IMG/VR virus record: IMGVR_UViG_3300009181_007093
DNA from: a virus
Reading direction: 5' to 3' (one strand)
Length of the DNA: 64,000 nt
Shown in pieces: positions 19,473 through 29,040 of the stretch. Every line of letters begins with the position of its first letter. The stretch's first letter is position 1. Position numbers and translations under genes: made by a program. The notes under the pieces are model-generated. The model made no database searches and was not told where the DNA came from. It saw only the letters and a program-made list of their open reading frames with translations.

Positions 19473-20294
19473 TTATTCACTTGTAAAAGAATCAGAAATT
19501 TTTATTAGGAAGCCTTCCTGATCTGTTGGATACCTACGCATCCACTCAATCTCTTCACTTAGACCGGAACATCCAAAGTTTGAAGGAATAAGACTTGGAC
19601 TTGTAAAAACTGGTATAACACTTATCCCTTTTATAACTATAAAACTTGGTATCACACTTACATCTGGAATGGTTTGAACTGAAAGCATTTCTTCTTGAAC
19701 CATTTTTATAAGTTTGAATTCTAAATAATAACATCCTGGTAAGCAGGTATCGGTTGCAGACCATTCATACTTAAAATAGCTTTCTATCAAAACATCTTGT
19801 GTTGTTGTTCCATCTAGTTCTAGTACATCCTCATAAACCATTTCTACAACAGCAGTTGCATTCATGAACTTAATGATCACTAAAGAATCGCCTTTTGCCC
19901 ATTCCTGTGCAGTCGTTCCGTGATAAGCTCTTTGCACTTGAACAAGATTGTTTTTCTCATCAAATGCTATTACAAGCATTTCCTCTGGAAGTCGTAATCT
20001 GTTCATCTTTATTGTGTCCCCAACCATAATTTGGTTGAAACCAATATTATCTGCCAAAGCAAAATACGTGTCGTTCTCTGATATCGATGCTTTTAATTTA
20101 GCTTTTGCCCACATAGATGCCTCAAGAACTAAATCCGTAAGATCTAATGGACCATCGCAATCTTCTATTTTAAGCTTAAAATCTGGCTTCGTATCATGCC
20201 GCCTAATTATAAAGTCGGGACACACTCCAGCAACACACCCAAGAGAATCTGGGCAGTTGGTATTATAAGGAGAGCTTGAGGAGTTGCATTTCAT
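19473..20294 (-). CDS. BppU-like baseplate/virion protein
   Basis: IRRHDTKPDFKLKIEDCDGPLDLT...YEWSATDTCLPGCYYLEF resembles the BppU N-terminal domain, with an insertion. Confidence 0.6.
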   Translation of the reverse strand: MKCNSSSSPYNTNCPDSLGCVAGVCPDFIIRRHDTKPDFKLKIEDCDGPLDLTDLVLEASMWAKAKLKASISENDTYFALADNIGFNQIMVGDTIKMNRLRLPEEMLVIAFDEKNNLVQVQRAYHGTTAQEWAKGDSLVIIKFMNATAVVEMVYEDVLELDGTTTQDVLIESYFKYEWSATDTCLPGCYYLEFKLIKMVQEEMLSVQTIPDVSVIPSFIVIKGISVIPVFTSPSLIPSNFGCSGLSEEIEWMRRYPTDQEGFLIKISDSFTSE

Positions 20295-20369
20295 ATTTAT
20301 ATGTAGTAAAAAAAATAATTTTTAATTTTATTAAATAATTTTAGTTTTTAAACCTAGCAAGCCTGTTAG

Positions 20370-20645
20370 CTAGTTCCTATCCATGTTATTTTTTATTCGC
20401 TCCGCACGTTGAGCCTCAAGTTGACGAGACTTTTCAAATAATTGATTAGATATTCTACGATCATCATCTCTATCTATATCATAAAAGTTAATAATATATC
20501 TAGTGTTATTTTTCTCATCCCTCATCCGGTACCATTCTATCCTGTCGGCGTGGTTCATTTTTGTAGCAAGTTCGTATGCTAAGAAGGGCGTTTTTGAGGT
20601 AATACTCATAACAATAGCCAAGGCTACTAAAAGGGCAGCAAGCAT
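20370..20645 (-). CDS. Small exported or membrane protein
   Basis: Strong SD AAGGAGG; hydrophobic N-terminus. Confidence 0.65.
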   Translation of the reverse strand: MLAALLVALAIVMSITSKTPFLAYELATKMNHADRIEWYRMRDEKNNTRYIINFYDIDRDDDRRISNQLFEKSRQLEAQRAERIKNNMDRN

Positions 20646-20675
20646 ATATCGATCCTCCTTATGAAAATTTTATCT

Positions 20676-21068
20676 TTACTTTATTTTACCTTTGGAAATT
20701 ACCTTATCTTTAGTGATTGCCTTATCTTTGGTGATTGCCTTATCTTTAGTGCTTGCCTTATCTTTAGTGATTGCCTTATCTTTGGTGATTGCCTTATCTT
20801 TAGTGCTTGCCTTATCTTTAGTGCTTGCCTTATCTTTAGTGCTTGCCTTATCTTTAGTGCTTGCCTTATCTTTAGTGCTCTTATCTTTATCTATAACCTT
20901 ATCTTTATCTATAACCTTATCTTTATCTATAACCTTATCTTTAGGACTTGTCTTAGCACTTTTTGCCATTTTCAATTTAAACTTTTCTTTTGCTGCATGT
21001 AGTGCGTCTATTGATTTCGATAGTTTTTCTACGGCAATAAGCCATCGATCAATTTCAGTGTTTATCAT
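20676..21068 (-). CDS. Lysine-rich repeat protein (TKDKAS/DKDKVI repeats)
   Basis: Co-oriented with neighbours; non-repetitive helical N-terminus. Confidence 0.7.
   Translation of the reverse strand: MINTEIDRWLIAVEKLSKSIDALHAAKEKFKLKMAKSAKTSPKDKVIDKDKVIDKDKVIDKDKSTKDKASTKDKASTKDKASTKDKASTKDKAITKDKAITKDKASTKDKAITKDKAITKDKVISKGKIK
20702..20942. repeat. 18-bp tandem repeat, about 13 copies (ttgccttatctttagtgc and variants)
   Basis: Directly visible. Confidence 0.9.
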
Positions 21069-21078
21069 TAAATTTTCC

Positions 21079-21405
21079 CTATTTATAGTTTAAGAATCCA
21101 ACAACGTCATATTGACCGTCTTCAATTTTTGTTAACATATCCAAATCCATATTAACTTTAGCCTCATTGTGTACACTTTCTAACTTTACAAGCTTTCTGT
21201 GCAGTATTTTTAACCATCTTTTTTGACAGTAAAGACCAGTATGATCTACAAAATTATCAAAATCTTTAAATACAAAAAAATATTTTAGAAAAGATTGCTG
21301 TACTTCTTTTCTAAAATATTCCAATAAATATCTTTTTTCTTTTGGTATAATATCAATAGATTCATATTCTCTTGCTAAAAATAATAAATCTTTTTTAGAT
21401 ACCAC
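21079..21405 (-). CDS. Hypothetical protein
   Basis: GTG start after AGGAAA. Confidence 0.65.
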   Translation of the reverse strand: MVSKKDLLFLAREYESIDIIPKEKRYLLEYFRKEVQQSFLKYFFVFKDFDNFVDHTGLYCQKRWLKILHRKLVKLESVHNEAKVNMDLDMLTKIEDGQYDVVGFLNYK

Positions 21406-21415
21406 TTTAAATTTC

Positions 21416-21910
21416 CTATTCTACTTCGACCCCTTCTACATACTTTAAATACAATATAAGCATTCCACCGGCAAATTGCTGTGGCACGTTTTCAGCAGAT
21501 AACTTGTGAAGAATGCTACTAACTAGCCGAATGTCTCCCGTTACCTCGCCTAGCAATTGTGTTGCACTATCATGATTCCTTAGAAAAAAATAAGATTTCT
21601 TTACACTATCAATAATATCATAGTTAATTACTGTTAAAATATTATCACAATTTATCAGCATATTCTTGGGAATTTTACCACCACAATAAAATGGTTTATT
21701 TTTAAAGAATATTTTTATATGGTGTGCAGCAAGATGCTTTAAATCGCTTTGAAAGTTTTGTGCAAAACACAAAAGATCCTTTTGATTGTTCTCATCTTCC
21801 CCATTTTCCCCATCTTCCTCTTCATTATCTTCATCGTAATCACAGTAGTCATTTGAACAGAAACGTTTATTTAATGTGGCAGTTGATGTTATTGATGGCA
21901 TTAATGGCAT
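21416..21910 (-). CDS. Hypothetical protein with acidic N-terminal patch
   Basis: Downstream of TTGACA-17-TAAGAT (21976..22004). Confidence 0.6.
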   Translation of the reverse strand: MPLMPSITSTATLNKRFCSNDYCDYDEDNEEEDGENGEDENNQKDLLCFAQNFQSDLKHLAAHHIKIFFKNKPFYCGGKIPKNMLINCDNILTVINYDIIDSVKKSYFFLRNHDSATQLLGEVTGDIRLVSSILHKLSAENVPQQFAGGMLILYLKYVEGVEVE

Positions 21911-22028
21911 TGGAACCCCCAGTGAGATACCTAAAAATAGCAGTTATCAAACTGCACTTCGAGAACTAAAAAAAAATCTTACCAAAAATAAACTAGAATG
22001 TCAAGCCATATATATTAAAAAGGAAAAA

Positions 22029-22526
22029 ATGCAATTAACAAAAATTTTTTTAGTAGCTTTGTTTGGACTTTTTGTCACAGGTTGTGCAAATGGCAATTTT
22101 AGTCCCAGAAATAATCCAAAAATAAACAACGAACAAGGTAAAATAGATGAAATAAAATCTAATCAAAATGGAGTTTTAGCCGAAATTGGCAAGCTTAAAC
22201 AAGACGCACAGATAATGGAAAGCCAACTCAAAGAAATACAAAATGGGCTACTAAACGTTAATGCAATGATATCAAGAAACGAAAATAATGGAATACAAAT
22301 TCTACAAGGAGATGGATCGTTAATTATGGTTTTTTGTATTGGACTTTTTGCAATTATGCTTTTTTATCGAAATAAATACATTGCGAAAGAAAAAAGCATA
22401 TCTATAATCGCCCAAGAAGTTTCGCTTTTTAATAATGCAGATCTAAACGAAAAAATACTTAGAGCTGCAATGACTAAGGGTGAAGGCAAACAAATGCTAA
22501 AACTACTTCAAAACCGATCAATATAA
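22029..22526 (+). CDS. Lipoprotein with coiled coil and TM helix (candidate spanin-like protein)
   Basis: ATG 22029 after AAGGA; lipobox FVTG|C; heptad-rich segment; TM SLIMVFCIGLFAIMLFY. Confidence 0.65.
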   Translation: MQLTKIFLVALFGLFVTGCANGNFSPRNNPKINNEQGKIDEIKSNQNGVLAEIGKLKQDAQIMESQLKEIQNGLLNVNAMISRNENNGIQILQGDGSLIMVFCIGLFAIMLFYRNKYIAKEKSISIIAQEVSLFNNADLNEKILRAAMTKGEGKQMLKLLQNRSI

Positions 22527-22994
22527 ATCTATTTCTTTTCCAATATGAGAAATTAAAACACCATAAGAATGTTCTATTTCATGTTGAAAAACAATAGAAT
22601 AAAGACCTTTTTCAAGTGCAGTAAAATCTTCTATTTTTAATGTTTTTTCGTATATCAATCGTTTACCTGTTATTGTTACCTCAGAATGTCTTTCAACTTC
22701 AAATCTTCTAATTTCTTTTCCTTTTCTAATTGAAAGACAACCTTCAATTGATTTAATGAATTCTCCGTTACCGCTGTAACAACAGTTTAAGTAACATTCA
22801 TAAGATGAGTTTCTACTCACTATGAAAAGGTCCAAAGGAATTCCAACTTGTACAGCAGAAAGACCTATTCCATTGTTTTCATAACAGACTTTCTCCATTT
22901 GGTTAAATATTTTGTATATTTCCACCAAATTATCTGTTGGAGTTTTTTTAGCTTTAGGAATATCTTCTAAAGGCACAAGATTAAATTCAATCAT
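22518..22994 (-). CDS. def: Peptide deformylase
   Basis: GIGLSAVQVG, EGCLSI, QHEIEH; start moved to ATG 22994 (GGAG 6 nt upstream). Confidence 0.93.
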   Translation of the reverse strand: MIEFNLVPLEDIPKAKKTPTDNLVEIYKIFNQMEKVCYENNGIGLSAVQVGIPLDLFIVSRNSSYECYLNCCYSGNGEFIKSIEGCLSIRKGKEIRRFEVERHSEVTITGKRLIYEKTLKIEDFTALEKGLYSIVFQHEIEHSYGVLISHIGKEIDLY

Positions 22995-23075
22995 TCGCAT
23001 CTCCTGCTTTAACGAGAGGCTATTGTCGCTCTCCACAGGCTTAAATTAAGGATTTACCAGCTCTAGATTCCCGTG

Positions 23076-23351
23076 CTAATCTTTTTTATCATAACCTTGT
23101 TCTTTATACAGAAGAATAGGATAGCCAGAACAGTTGTTACCTAGAGGAGTGTTTTCTTTTTGAGGGTCGTTTCCTCTTCTTCTCATTTCATATAAAAATT
23201 CTTCTACTTCTATGTCAACTTCTTTTGCTTTTGAAGATTTTTTTAAACAGTACCTTTTTAAAGGATCAACTTCATCCTCTGCTAAATATCTACATTGTTG
23301 AGATGTTTCATTAATCAAACAAACATCTTTTAGATGATTAGAACTTAACAT
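23076..23351 (-). CDS. Small Cys-containing hypothetical protein
   Basis: Downstream of TTGACA-17-TATCAT (23385..23413). Confidence 0.6.
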   Translation of the reverse strand: MLSSNHLKDVCLINETSQQCRYLAEDEVDPLKRYCLKKSSKAKEVDIEVEEFLYEMRRRGNDPQKENTPLGNNCSGYPILLYKEQGYDKKD

Positions 23352-23409
23352 TTTTGAACCTACGGAAAGAGAAAAGGCTTGAATATGATACCGAAAAAAA
23401 AGTAAATTG

Positions 23410-23673
23410 TCAATGCGTTAAGTTGTTTACTATTCCTTCAAATCTAGGTTTTAGCCATTCTCTTAACTTTTCCACACTAGCTTTTACTTCACTTGGAATT
23501 CTTAAAATTATAGTATCATGAACCAAACCATCATTTGAATCATTCGGAATGTTTTTCTCTACTATATCTCTAATTAGTTTAGAAACAGAAACACCTTTTC
23601 TTTTAGCCTCTTTTTTGACTTTTTCTTGGAACTCAGCATCTATTGAAAGGCTTAATATCTTATTTGTACTCAT
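23410..23673 (-). CDS. Ribbon-helix-helix (CopG-like) DNA-binding protein
   Basis: KILSLSIDAEFQEKVKKEAKRKGVSVSKLIRDIVE. Confidence 0.8.
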   Translation of the reverse strand: MSTNKILSLSIDAEFQEKVKKEAKRKGVSVSKLIRDIVEKNIPNDSNDGLVHDTIILRIPSEVKASVEKLREWLKPRFEGIVNNLTH

Positions 23674-23918
23674 TATTGACCGTATCTTTCTGGAAAATTT
23701 TCTCTTAATTTACTTTTAAGAATTTGATTAGTTAGTTCTTTTTTCTTTCTCCTTCTCTTCTCGCCAGGACTCTCATATGATTCTCTTTTTTTATATTCTT
23801 GAAGAATTCCTGCGTCTACTACTGCTTTCTTGAAAATAGCAAACATTTTTTTAAAAGCAAATTCTTTATCTGAAAAGCTAGCATTACGGGGTAGCTCTTT
23901 TTTGTACACTTTTACCAT
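23673..23918 (-). CDS. rpsU: Ribosomal protein bS21
   Basis: FKKAVVDAGILQEYKKRESYESPGEKRRRKK matches bS21 (FKR.....GIL.E.R.RE.YEKPS..R.RK). Confidence 0.88.
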   Translation of the reverse strand: MVKVYKKELPRNASFSDKEFAFKKMFAIFKKAVVDAGILQEYKKRESYESPGEKRRRKKKELTNQILKSKLRENFPERYGQ

Positions 23919-23992
23919 TTAAGAAACCTTTTTGAAAACTTTTTCCTACCGTTCTTAATATTAATATAGTGTAGAAAATTAAATTTAATAAG

Positions 23993-25135
23993 TTAATCTT
24001 TTGGTATTCTTACGAATTTTATGCCCATTTTTTTTGAAACATGCTGCCTTACTTCTTTATCGTATGAAACCAATTCTGTCGATTCTCCTGTCGTTGGCCA
24101 TGAATCTCTATCTAAACTAGGCAAAATTTTATCTAATTTAAAAATTAAAATTTTAAATATATCACCATTCCAATGAGAAGAATTTCCTTCGCTTATTATG
24201 CTAGAAAATGTAAAAAAATGATATTTTTGCAATTGATTAGAGAAAAGATCGTCTATTTCATACTCTTTTTGTGAATAATATCTGGATCTTTCATCCACGG
24301 ATAAATATGGACAACGTGCTAAAAGAGCTAAACGAGACAAACTATTAAAAACATCTAATACAATTCCCGTTGCACGCATAGCAGCCAGAACACGAGTTAC
24401 ATCTGTTTCTGTTGTTATAACACATCTTCCTATGAACTCTTTGGAAACGTCATGCGAAAAGTTGTTTTGCCAAACTACAGGAGTATAACCTGATTCTAAA
24501 AGCTTGTTTAGAAGTTCTATCCAAAACTCTCTTTTAGCATTAATATTTTTAGCCTGTCCATTGGACCACTTTGTACAAAAAAGGGAAGGATAAACAAATA
24601 TTTTATATCCAGGATATGTTGCTACATCTCGATTAAAATCTTTTCCTAAAATAGCAGCGGATGGAACGAACGGTAAAAATCTTTTAGTGTCTTTATACTT
24701 TTGAAAAAATTTATTTTTAAATCCATTTTCATAGTAAGCAGATATTTCTCTATAATCAACTACATCTCTAAAAAACTCATTAAAGTTTCTAAGATAAACT
24801 GTATGAAGATCTGAAGTGTTGTTGAATCCAATAGATTTTTCATAAAACTTTTTTATATGAGACAAATCATTAATAGACCAATATTCATCAACATATGGGA
24901 ACAAACCTTGAAATCCTGGCCAAGATGCTAATATGAAGTATTTTGAAGATTTAGATTCTAGCCTATATCGATTCAGTATGAAGCTTGAAGCAATACAAGT
25001 GCTTCTTAAGTCTCCAAAAAATGGAAATATTGTAATCTGAGAAAAATCCGTAGGTATCTTTTTTTCTTCGAATCGTTCTCGTATGAACCCGTTTCTTTCT
25101 GCGGTTCTTTTTAAAAAATCTGCTATCGAATCCAT
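23993..25135 (-). CDS. Glycosyltransferase, GT9 (heptosyltransferase)-like
   Basis: FGDL...LFPYVDEYW N-terminal domain; KREFWIELL...GYTPV; paralog of next ORF. Confidence 0.6.
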   Translation of the reverse strand: MDSIADFLKRTAERNGFIRERFEEKKIPTDFSQITIFPFFGDLRSTCIASSFILNRYRLESKSSKYFILASWPGFQGLFPYVDEYWSINDLSHIKKFYEKSIGFNNTSDLHTVYLRNFNEFFRDVVDYREISAYYENGFKNKFFQKYKDTKRFLPFVPSAAILGKDFNRDVATYPGYKIFVYPSLFCTKWSNGQAKNINAKREFWIELLNKLLESGYTPVVWQNNFSHDVSKEFIGRCVITTETDVTRVLAAMRATGIVLDVFNSLSRLALLARCPYLSVDERSRYYSQKEYEIDDLFSNQLQKYHFFTFSSIISEGNSSHWNGDIFKILIFKLDKILPSLDRDSWPTTGESTELVSYDKEVRQHVSKKMGIKFVRIPKD

Positions 25136-25153
25136 ATAACACTTTCTGTTAGT

Positions 25154-26329
25154 TTAAGTACGCCATCTATTTTGTTTTTTTAGCATCATTTTAGTAACCT
25201 CATAGTTCTCTACTGGTCCTAAGATATCTTCCCAATTATCTTGCTTCATTTCTTCTATAGCCTGCTTTACATAGAAAAAAGCTCGTTCTTCTTTTTCTAT
25301 CAAATTTTTATACTGTGCTAAGACCAATTTCTTTTTATTAAAATCAGTTGTTAAGGCAATACGCATTCCTTCCTGTCCGTTACCAACTATCTGTTCTGGT
25401 GACTCAAACAGTATCCATGGAGTTCCCACCATAGAAGCAAGTCTAGTAGATGCCGTCCAAAACTGAATTGTGAACTCAAGTTTAGAGATAATTGCTAAAG
25501 TAAGCTCTAAATCCCTAGCTTCCGGAAGACTACTAAAATCCACAATATGTTTTACAGGACAAGGCAATACACTTTGTTTTTCGCCAAGCCATATCGGATT
25601 GTATCCTTGCTCCTCAAGATATAATATCAAGTATCGATAAAATTCACTTGTTAAATTTCGCCCATAACACACACGACCTCTTGCGAAAATACCAACAGAG
25701 TTTGGCTTTAAATACTTTTTTGCTAACTCTAATGATTTTAAACTCGGTCTTGGTATCTGAACAGCAAATTTTTTATGATAAGGAATATCATTAAGTAAGC
25801 CTCTCTCTATATCGCACGAGTTACATGATGGACATTTTGACTCATGTTCGTTATCGCCCCAGAAATTAGAACATGATCTACAAGTATTGCCCAAACAAAT
25901 TGTACCCATCGAAAAACCTTTATAAACAATTCCATGCTCCTCTAACAAATCTTCTAATTTTTTTATGTTTTTAGAAGTGTTTTGAAAAGCAAGAGAATAT
26001 TCTCTCATGCCTTGGAATTGCTCTTCAATTTCCCAGAACTCATCAACTAGATGCCTGTATAAATATTCTCTTCCATACCAACCAACACACACTACATAAC
26101 ATCCAGGATATTTTTGTATAATTTTAGGGATACAATACATTAAAGCAAGAGATTCACATCCAAATTCACTAAAACAAGTTATAAAAAGAATTCTTTTTTT
26201 ATCACTTGGCATTACTCTTTTATTGAATTTAAACTTACGAAGCTTAATCTCTTCTATTTTTTCTTCTTTTTCAATAATTTTACCATCACCAGGATTCCTG
26301 ATGTGCGTTTTTAGCAATTTCATTTTCAT
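25154..26329 (-). CDS. Glycosyltransferase, GT9-like, with Zn-ribbon insertion
   Basis: SEFG...LVDEFW, GYNPIWLG, IVDFS...LELTLAII...TASTRLASMVGTP; CRSC...CPSC. Confidence 0.65.
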   Translation of the reverse strand: MKMKLLKTHIRNPGDGKIIEKEEKIEEIKLRKFKFNKRVMPSDKKRILFITCFSEFGCESLALMYCIPKIIQKYPGCYVVCVGWYGREYLYRHLVDEFWEIEEQFQGMREYSLAFQNTSKNIKKLEDLLEEHGIVYKGFSMGTICLGNTCRSCSNFWGDNEHESKCPSCNSCDIERGLLNDIPYHKKFAVQIPRPSLKSLELAKKYLKPNSVGIFARGRVCYGRNLTSEFYRYLILYLEEQGYNPIWLGEKQSVLPCPVKHIVDFSSLPEARDLELTLAIISKLEFTIQFWTASTRLASMVGTPWILFESPEQIVGNGQEGMRIALTTDFNKKKLVLAQYKNLIEKEERAFFYVKQAIEEMKQDNWEDILGPVENYEVTKMMLKKQNRWRT

Positions 26330-26330
26330 T

Positions 26331-26525
26331 TTATTTATTTCTTATATTTACTGTGCGCAACATCTTAACATTACCGCTACATCTCAAGCATCGAAAAACT
26401 CTGGGCTTCCCACACGATGAACAACCACTACGAACTTCTTTTAAGTGCTTTAAATCATCTGCGGAACCTGTTGACATTTCTATCCAGCCGCATTTGCAAC
26501 GAAAAGTGAAAGGCTTTGTTTCCAT
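26331..26525 (-). CDS. Small zinc-finger protein
   Basis: CKC, CSSC, CLRC. Confidence 0.6.
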   Translation of the reverse strand: METKPFTFRCKCGWIEMSTGSADDLKHLKEVRSGCSSCGKPRVFRCLRCSGNVKMLRTVNIRNK

Positions 26526-26542
26526 GCAATAAAAGAGTATTG

Positions 26543-27673
26543 TTACTTTTTTATTATTTTAAAAACTCTTTTAATCTCTCTGTCGTTGATGCATTCCCAC
26601 AATTTATCCTTAGAAGAATCTTCACTGTCAGAGTCTAAAGAAAGGCTACCTAATTGAAAGTTATAGGCTCCTTTTCCTAGCTTTCCGCCGCCTCCACCAT
26701 ACTGACCACCTAGCTCTTTGCAAATAGAAGGTACGGCTAAAGCTGCGTTGCTACTACGTACTGATCCTTCTACTTTGTTTCCATCAATAACGGCAAAAGC
26801 AACAGCAGTTTCTACACTTTCCCAAGAAAGCATTTCATCAGCAACTGCCGCTATTAGATCTCGATTATTATTCGTTATTAATCCAATTCCATGTATTAGT
26901 ATACCGTCCTTAATAATATCATGTGCTTTTTGAGCAACACATGCTCTTGCTTGCACCCACTCCCTAGGATGTTTATACTTCGTTATTTGCTTTAATGCAT
27001 TTGAGTTTCTAAAGTTAAAAAGTTCTGAATAAGCTATATGTTCAAATTCAGTTGTGTCATCTGATGTCTGGTAATCGGTATCAGTTATAATTCCAACCAA
27101 CAAAGCTGTGGCCGTTTTTGAATCAATATCGTTGTCTTCTTCAAAAACAACACCATGTTGCTTTATTAATTGATAAACTGTGGCACAAACACTTCCGGCT
27201 CTTAAGTTTAGATATAAACCTTTAAAAGAACTATTAGGAGGATCTTTGTGATGATCAATTACCAAGTCAAAAACAGTGCCATCAGGACAAGCAGCATATG
27301 CTGGAACTACATCCACAGAAATCTTAATATCATATGTGCTTAAATCGTAATCAGAATAAAGTTTCAATTCTGGATCTAAAAGATTTGCCATTCTTTGGTT
27401 TTGAGGATGTGAAATAAAACCATCATAAAAACAGTCGATGTCTATATTATCATACGCCTTTTTTAGCATCCAAGATAATCCCATCTGCCCTCCAATGGCG
27501 TCAGGGTCGGCGTAAGGATGAGAAAATATAGCTACTTTTACTGAGCCTTTTTCAAAAACTACTTTTTGTATTTTATCTGATAAGAACTTGTGGCACTTTG
27601 CAACAGTTGTTTCTCTTATTTTTTTACGAATATTTTTATCGGGTAAAACGTCATCCTCTTTTTTTTTATTCAT
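26543..27673 (-). CDS. DHH/DHHA1 family phosphoesterase
   Basis: HPYADPDAIG, VIDHH, GIITDT, GSVRS, GGGGG. Confidence 0.93.
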   Translation of the reverse strand: MNKKKEDDVLPDKNIRKKIRETTVAKCHKFLSDKIQKVVFEKGSVKVAIFSHPYADPDAIGGQMGLSWMLKKAYDNIDIDCFYDGFISHPQNQRMANLLDPELKLYSDYDLSTYDIKISVDVVPAYAACPDGTVFDLVIDHHKDPPNSSFKGLYLNLRAGSVCATVYQLIKQHGVVFEEDNDIDSKTATALLVGIITDTDYQTSDDTTEFEHIAYSELFNFRNSNALKQITKYKHPREWVQARACVAQKAHDIIKDGILIHGIGLITNNNRDLIAAVADEMLSWESVETAVAFAVIDGNKVEGSVRSSNAALAVPSICKELGGQYGGGGGKLGKGAYNFQLGSLSLDSDSEDSSKDKLWECINDREIKRVFKIIKK

Positions 27674-27802
27674 TTTAATAAGTGAACCGTATCAACATTC
27701 ACTAAAAAACAATTTTATTAGGAATTGAATTCTAACTGTAACAAAAATTCCTAAAAAAGTCAATGAAGAAAGATAGCTATTATCAATTACAAAAATCAAA
27801 TA

Positions 27803-28414
27803 TTAGATTTTTTTAGATTTTTTTTCATTCCCTGCGGAGAACCTTCCACCTGACAAAGAATTGCTTAGCTTATCTATTTCTTTTCTTAAAGATTTTATTT
27901 TTGACATTGCATCTTTTTCTGCAGAATCTTTTTTGCCTGAATCTTCTTTAGACAACAAAGCACTTAATTCATTTTCTAATTTATTGAATTTTTCTTTTAG
28001 CTTTTCCAATTTTTCTATTGCTTCGCCGCCCATAGCCCAGTTTTGAGTAACATTTACAGCTCCGTCTTCTCCTACTGTGCTTGGTCGAATTGGATTGTGT
28101 GAGTTAGCTAAAACCTTAGTGCTACGTTTAGAGTCTGCACTCGTGCTTTCTTTTTTTACGTCTAGAGTGCTGTTAAATAAAGGATTTGCTTTGTTTGATA
28201 ATCTTAACCAGTATTCTGAGTCTACTTCATTAAGAGGCTTATTCTTTCCAGATTCTTCGGACGAATATTGACCAAAAAAGTCTGTGGAGGTGTCTGGAGC
28301 GTCTGCGTTATCGGCTGTATTCTTGGCAACATCATCAAAAATTCCTTTTTGCAATGCTGCATCCCATATTTTAGAGTACTTGTCTATATCATCCTGCATA
28401 CTGCTCATTATCAA
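27803..28414 (-). CDS. Hypothetical coiled-coil protein
   Basis: SD GGAGG; CTATATAAA motif upstream. Confidence 0.65.
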   Translation of the reverse strand: MIMSSMQDDIDKYSKIWDAALQKGIFDDVAKNTADNADAPDTSTDFFGQYSSEESGKNKPLNEVDSEYWLRLSNKANPLFNSTLDVKKESTSADSKRSTKVLANSHNPIRPSTVGEDGAVNVTQNWAMGGEAIEKLEKLKEKFNKLENELSALLSKEDSGKKDSAEKDAMSKIKSLRKEIDKLSNSLSGGRFSAGNEKKSKKI

Positions 28415-28431
28415 TCCTCCAAAGAGTTTCT

Positions 28432-29040
28432 TTATTTTATATAGGGAAGAACTAGCAAAGAATCTATATCTATTTTATTAACTTTTTTATCATAAAATTG
28501 CTCCAGCCATCCTTTTTTGTTTCCAACGTATTCTGTATGCCCTGATAAGAACCGATTAACCGCATATCTTGTAGACTTAACATACGAATCACTCAAAAAC
28601 GCTTCCTGTAAATTGTTATTTTTTGGAGAATATTCACTTCCACATCGTAAAAGTATTGTAAAAAGAGACCTTCTCATTGATTTAATTGTCCACCATTTAG
28701 ATGGAGATATCCACATAATAGATTTTCTTTGAGTCGGACCATACTCCGATAAAATATCAATTCCTAACTTTTTTTCTATTTTCTCCATAAAGGACGCTAT
28801 GCAATTTCCCTTATTCGGATTATGAGAAAAGAAAAAAATGTCTAAATTATATAATTTTGGATGAAAAACATCTCTACAATATGTCCAATCAACTACATGA
28901 TACTTATCTCCGTCAAACCTTTTATATTGGGCAAAACTTCCTACTTCAGGTTTGTAAGGAGTTCTTATTTGTATAATTTCACTGAACTTCTTCTGTTTTT
29001 TCTGCTTTTTCTTCTTCTGCTTCTTTTTCTTCTTCTTCAT
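28432..29040 (-). CDS. Hypothetical protein, paralog of 2672..3325
   Basis: Shared motifs with 2672..3325; poly-K N-terminus overlaps the acidic tail of the upstream gene. Confidence 0.75.
   Translation of the reverse strand: MKKKKKKQKKKKQKKQKKFSEIIQIRTPYKPEVGSFAQYKRFDGDKYHVVDWTYCRDVFHPKLYNLDIFFFSHNPNKGNCIASFMEKIEKKLGIDILSEYGPTQRKSIMWISPSKWWTIKSMRRSLFTILLRCGSEYSPKNNNLQEAFLSDSYVKSTRYAVNRFLSGHTEYVGNKKGWLEQFYDKKVNKIDIDSLLVLPYIK

Noticed and set aside
20661-21093. Two + strand hydrophobic repeat ORFs
   Set aside because: Antisense shadows of the 18-bp repeat; the - strand ORF fits the operon and has a non-repetitive N-terminus.
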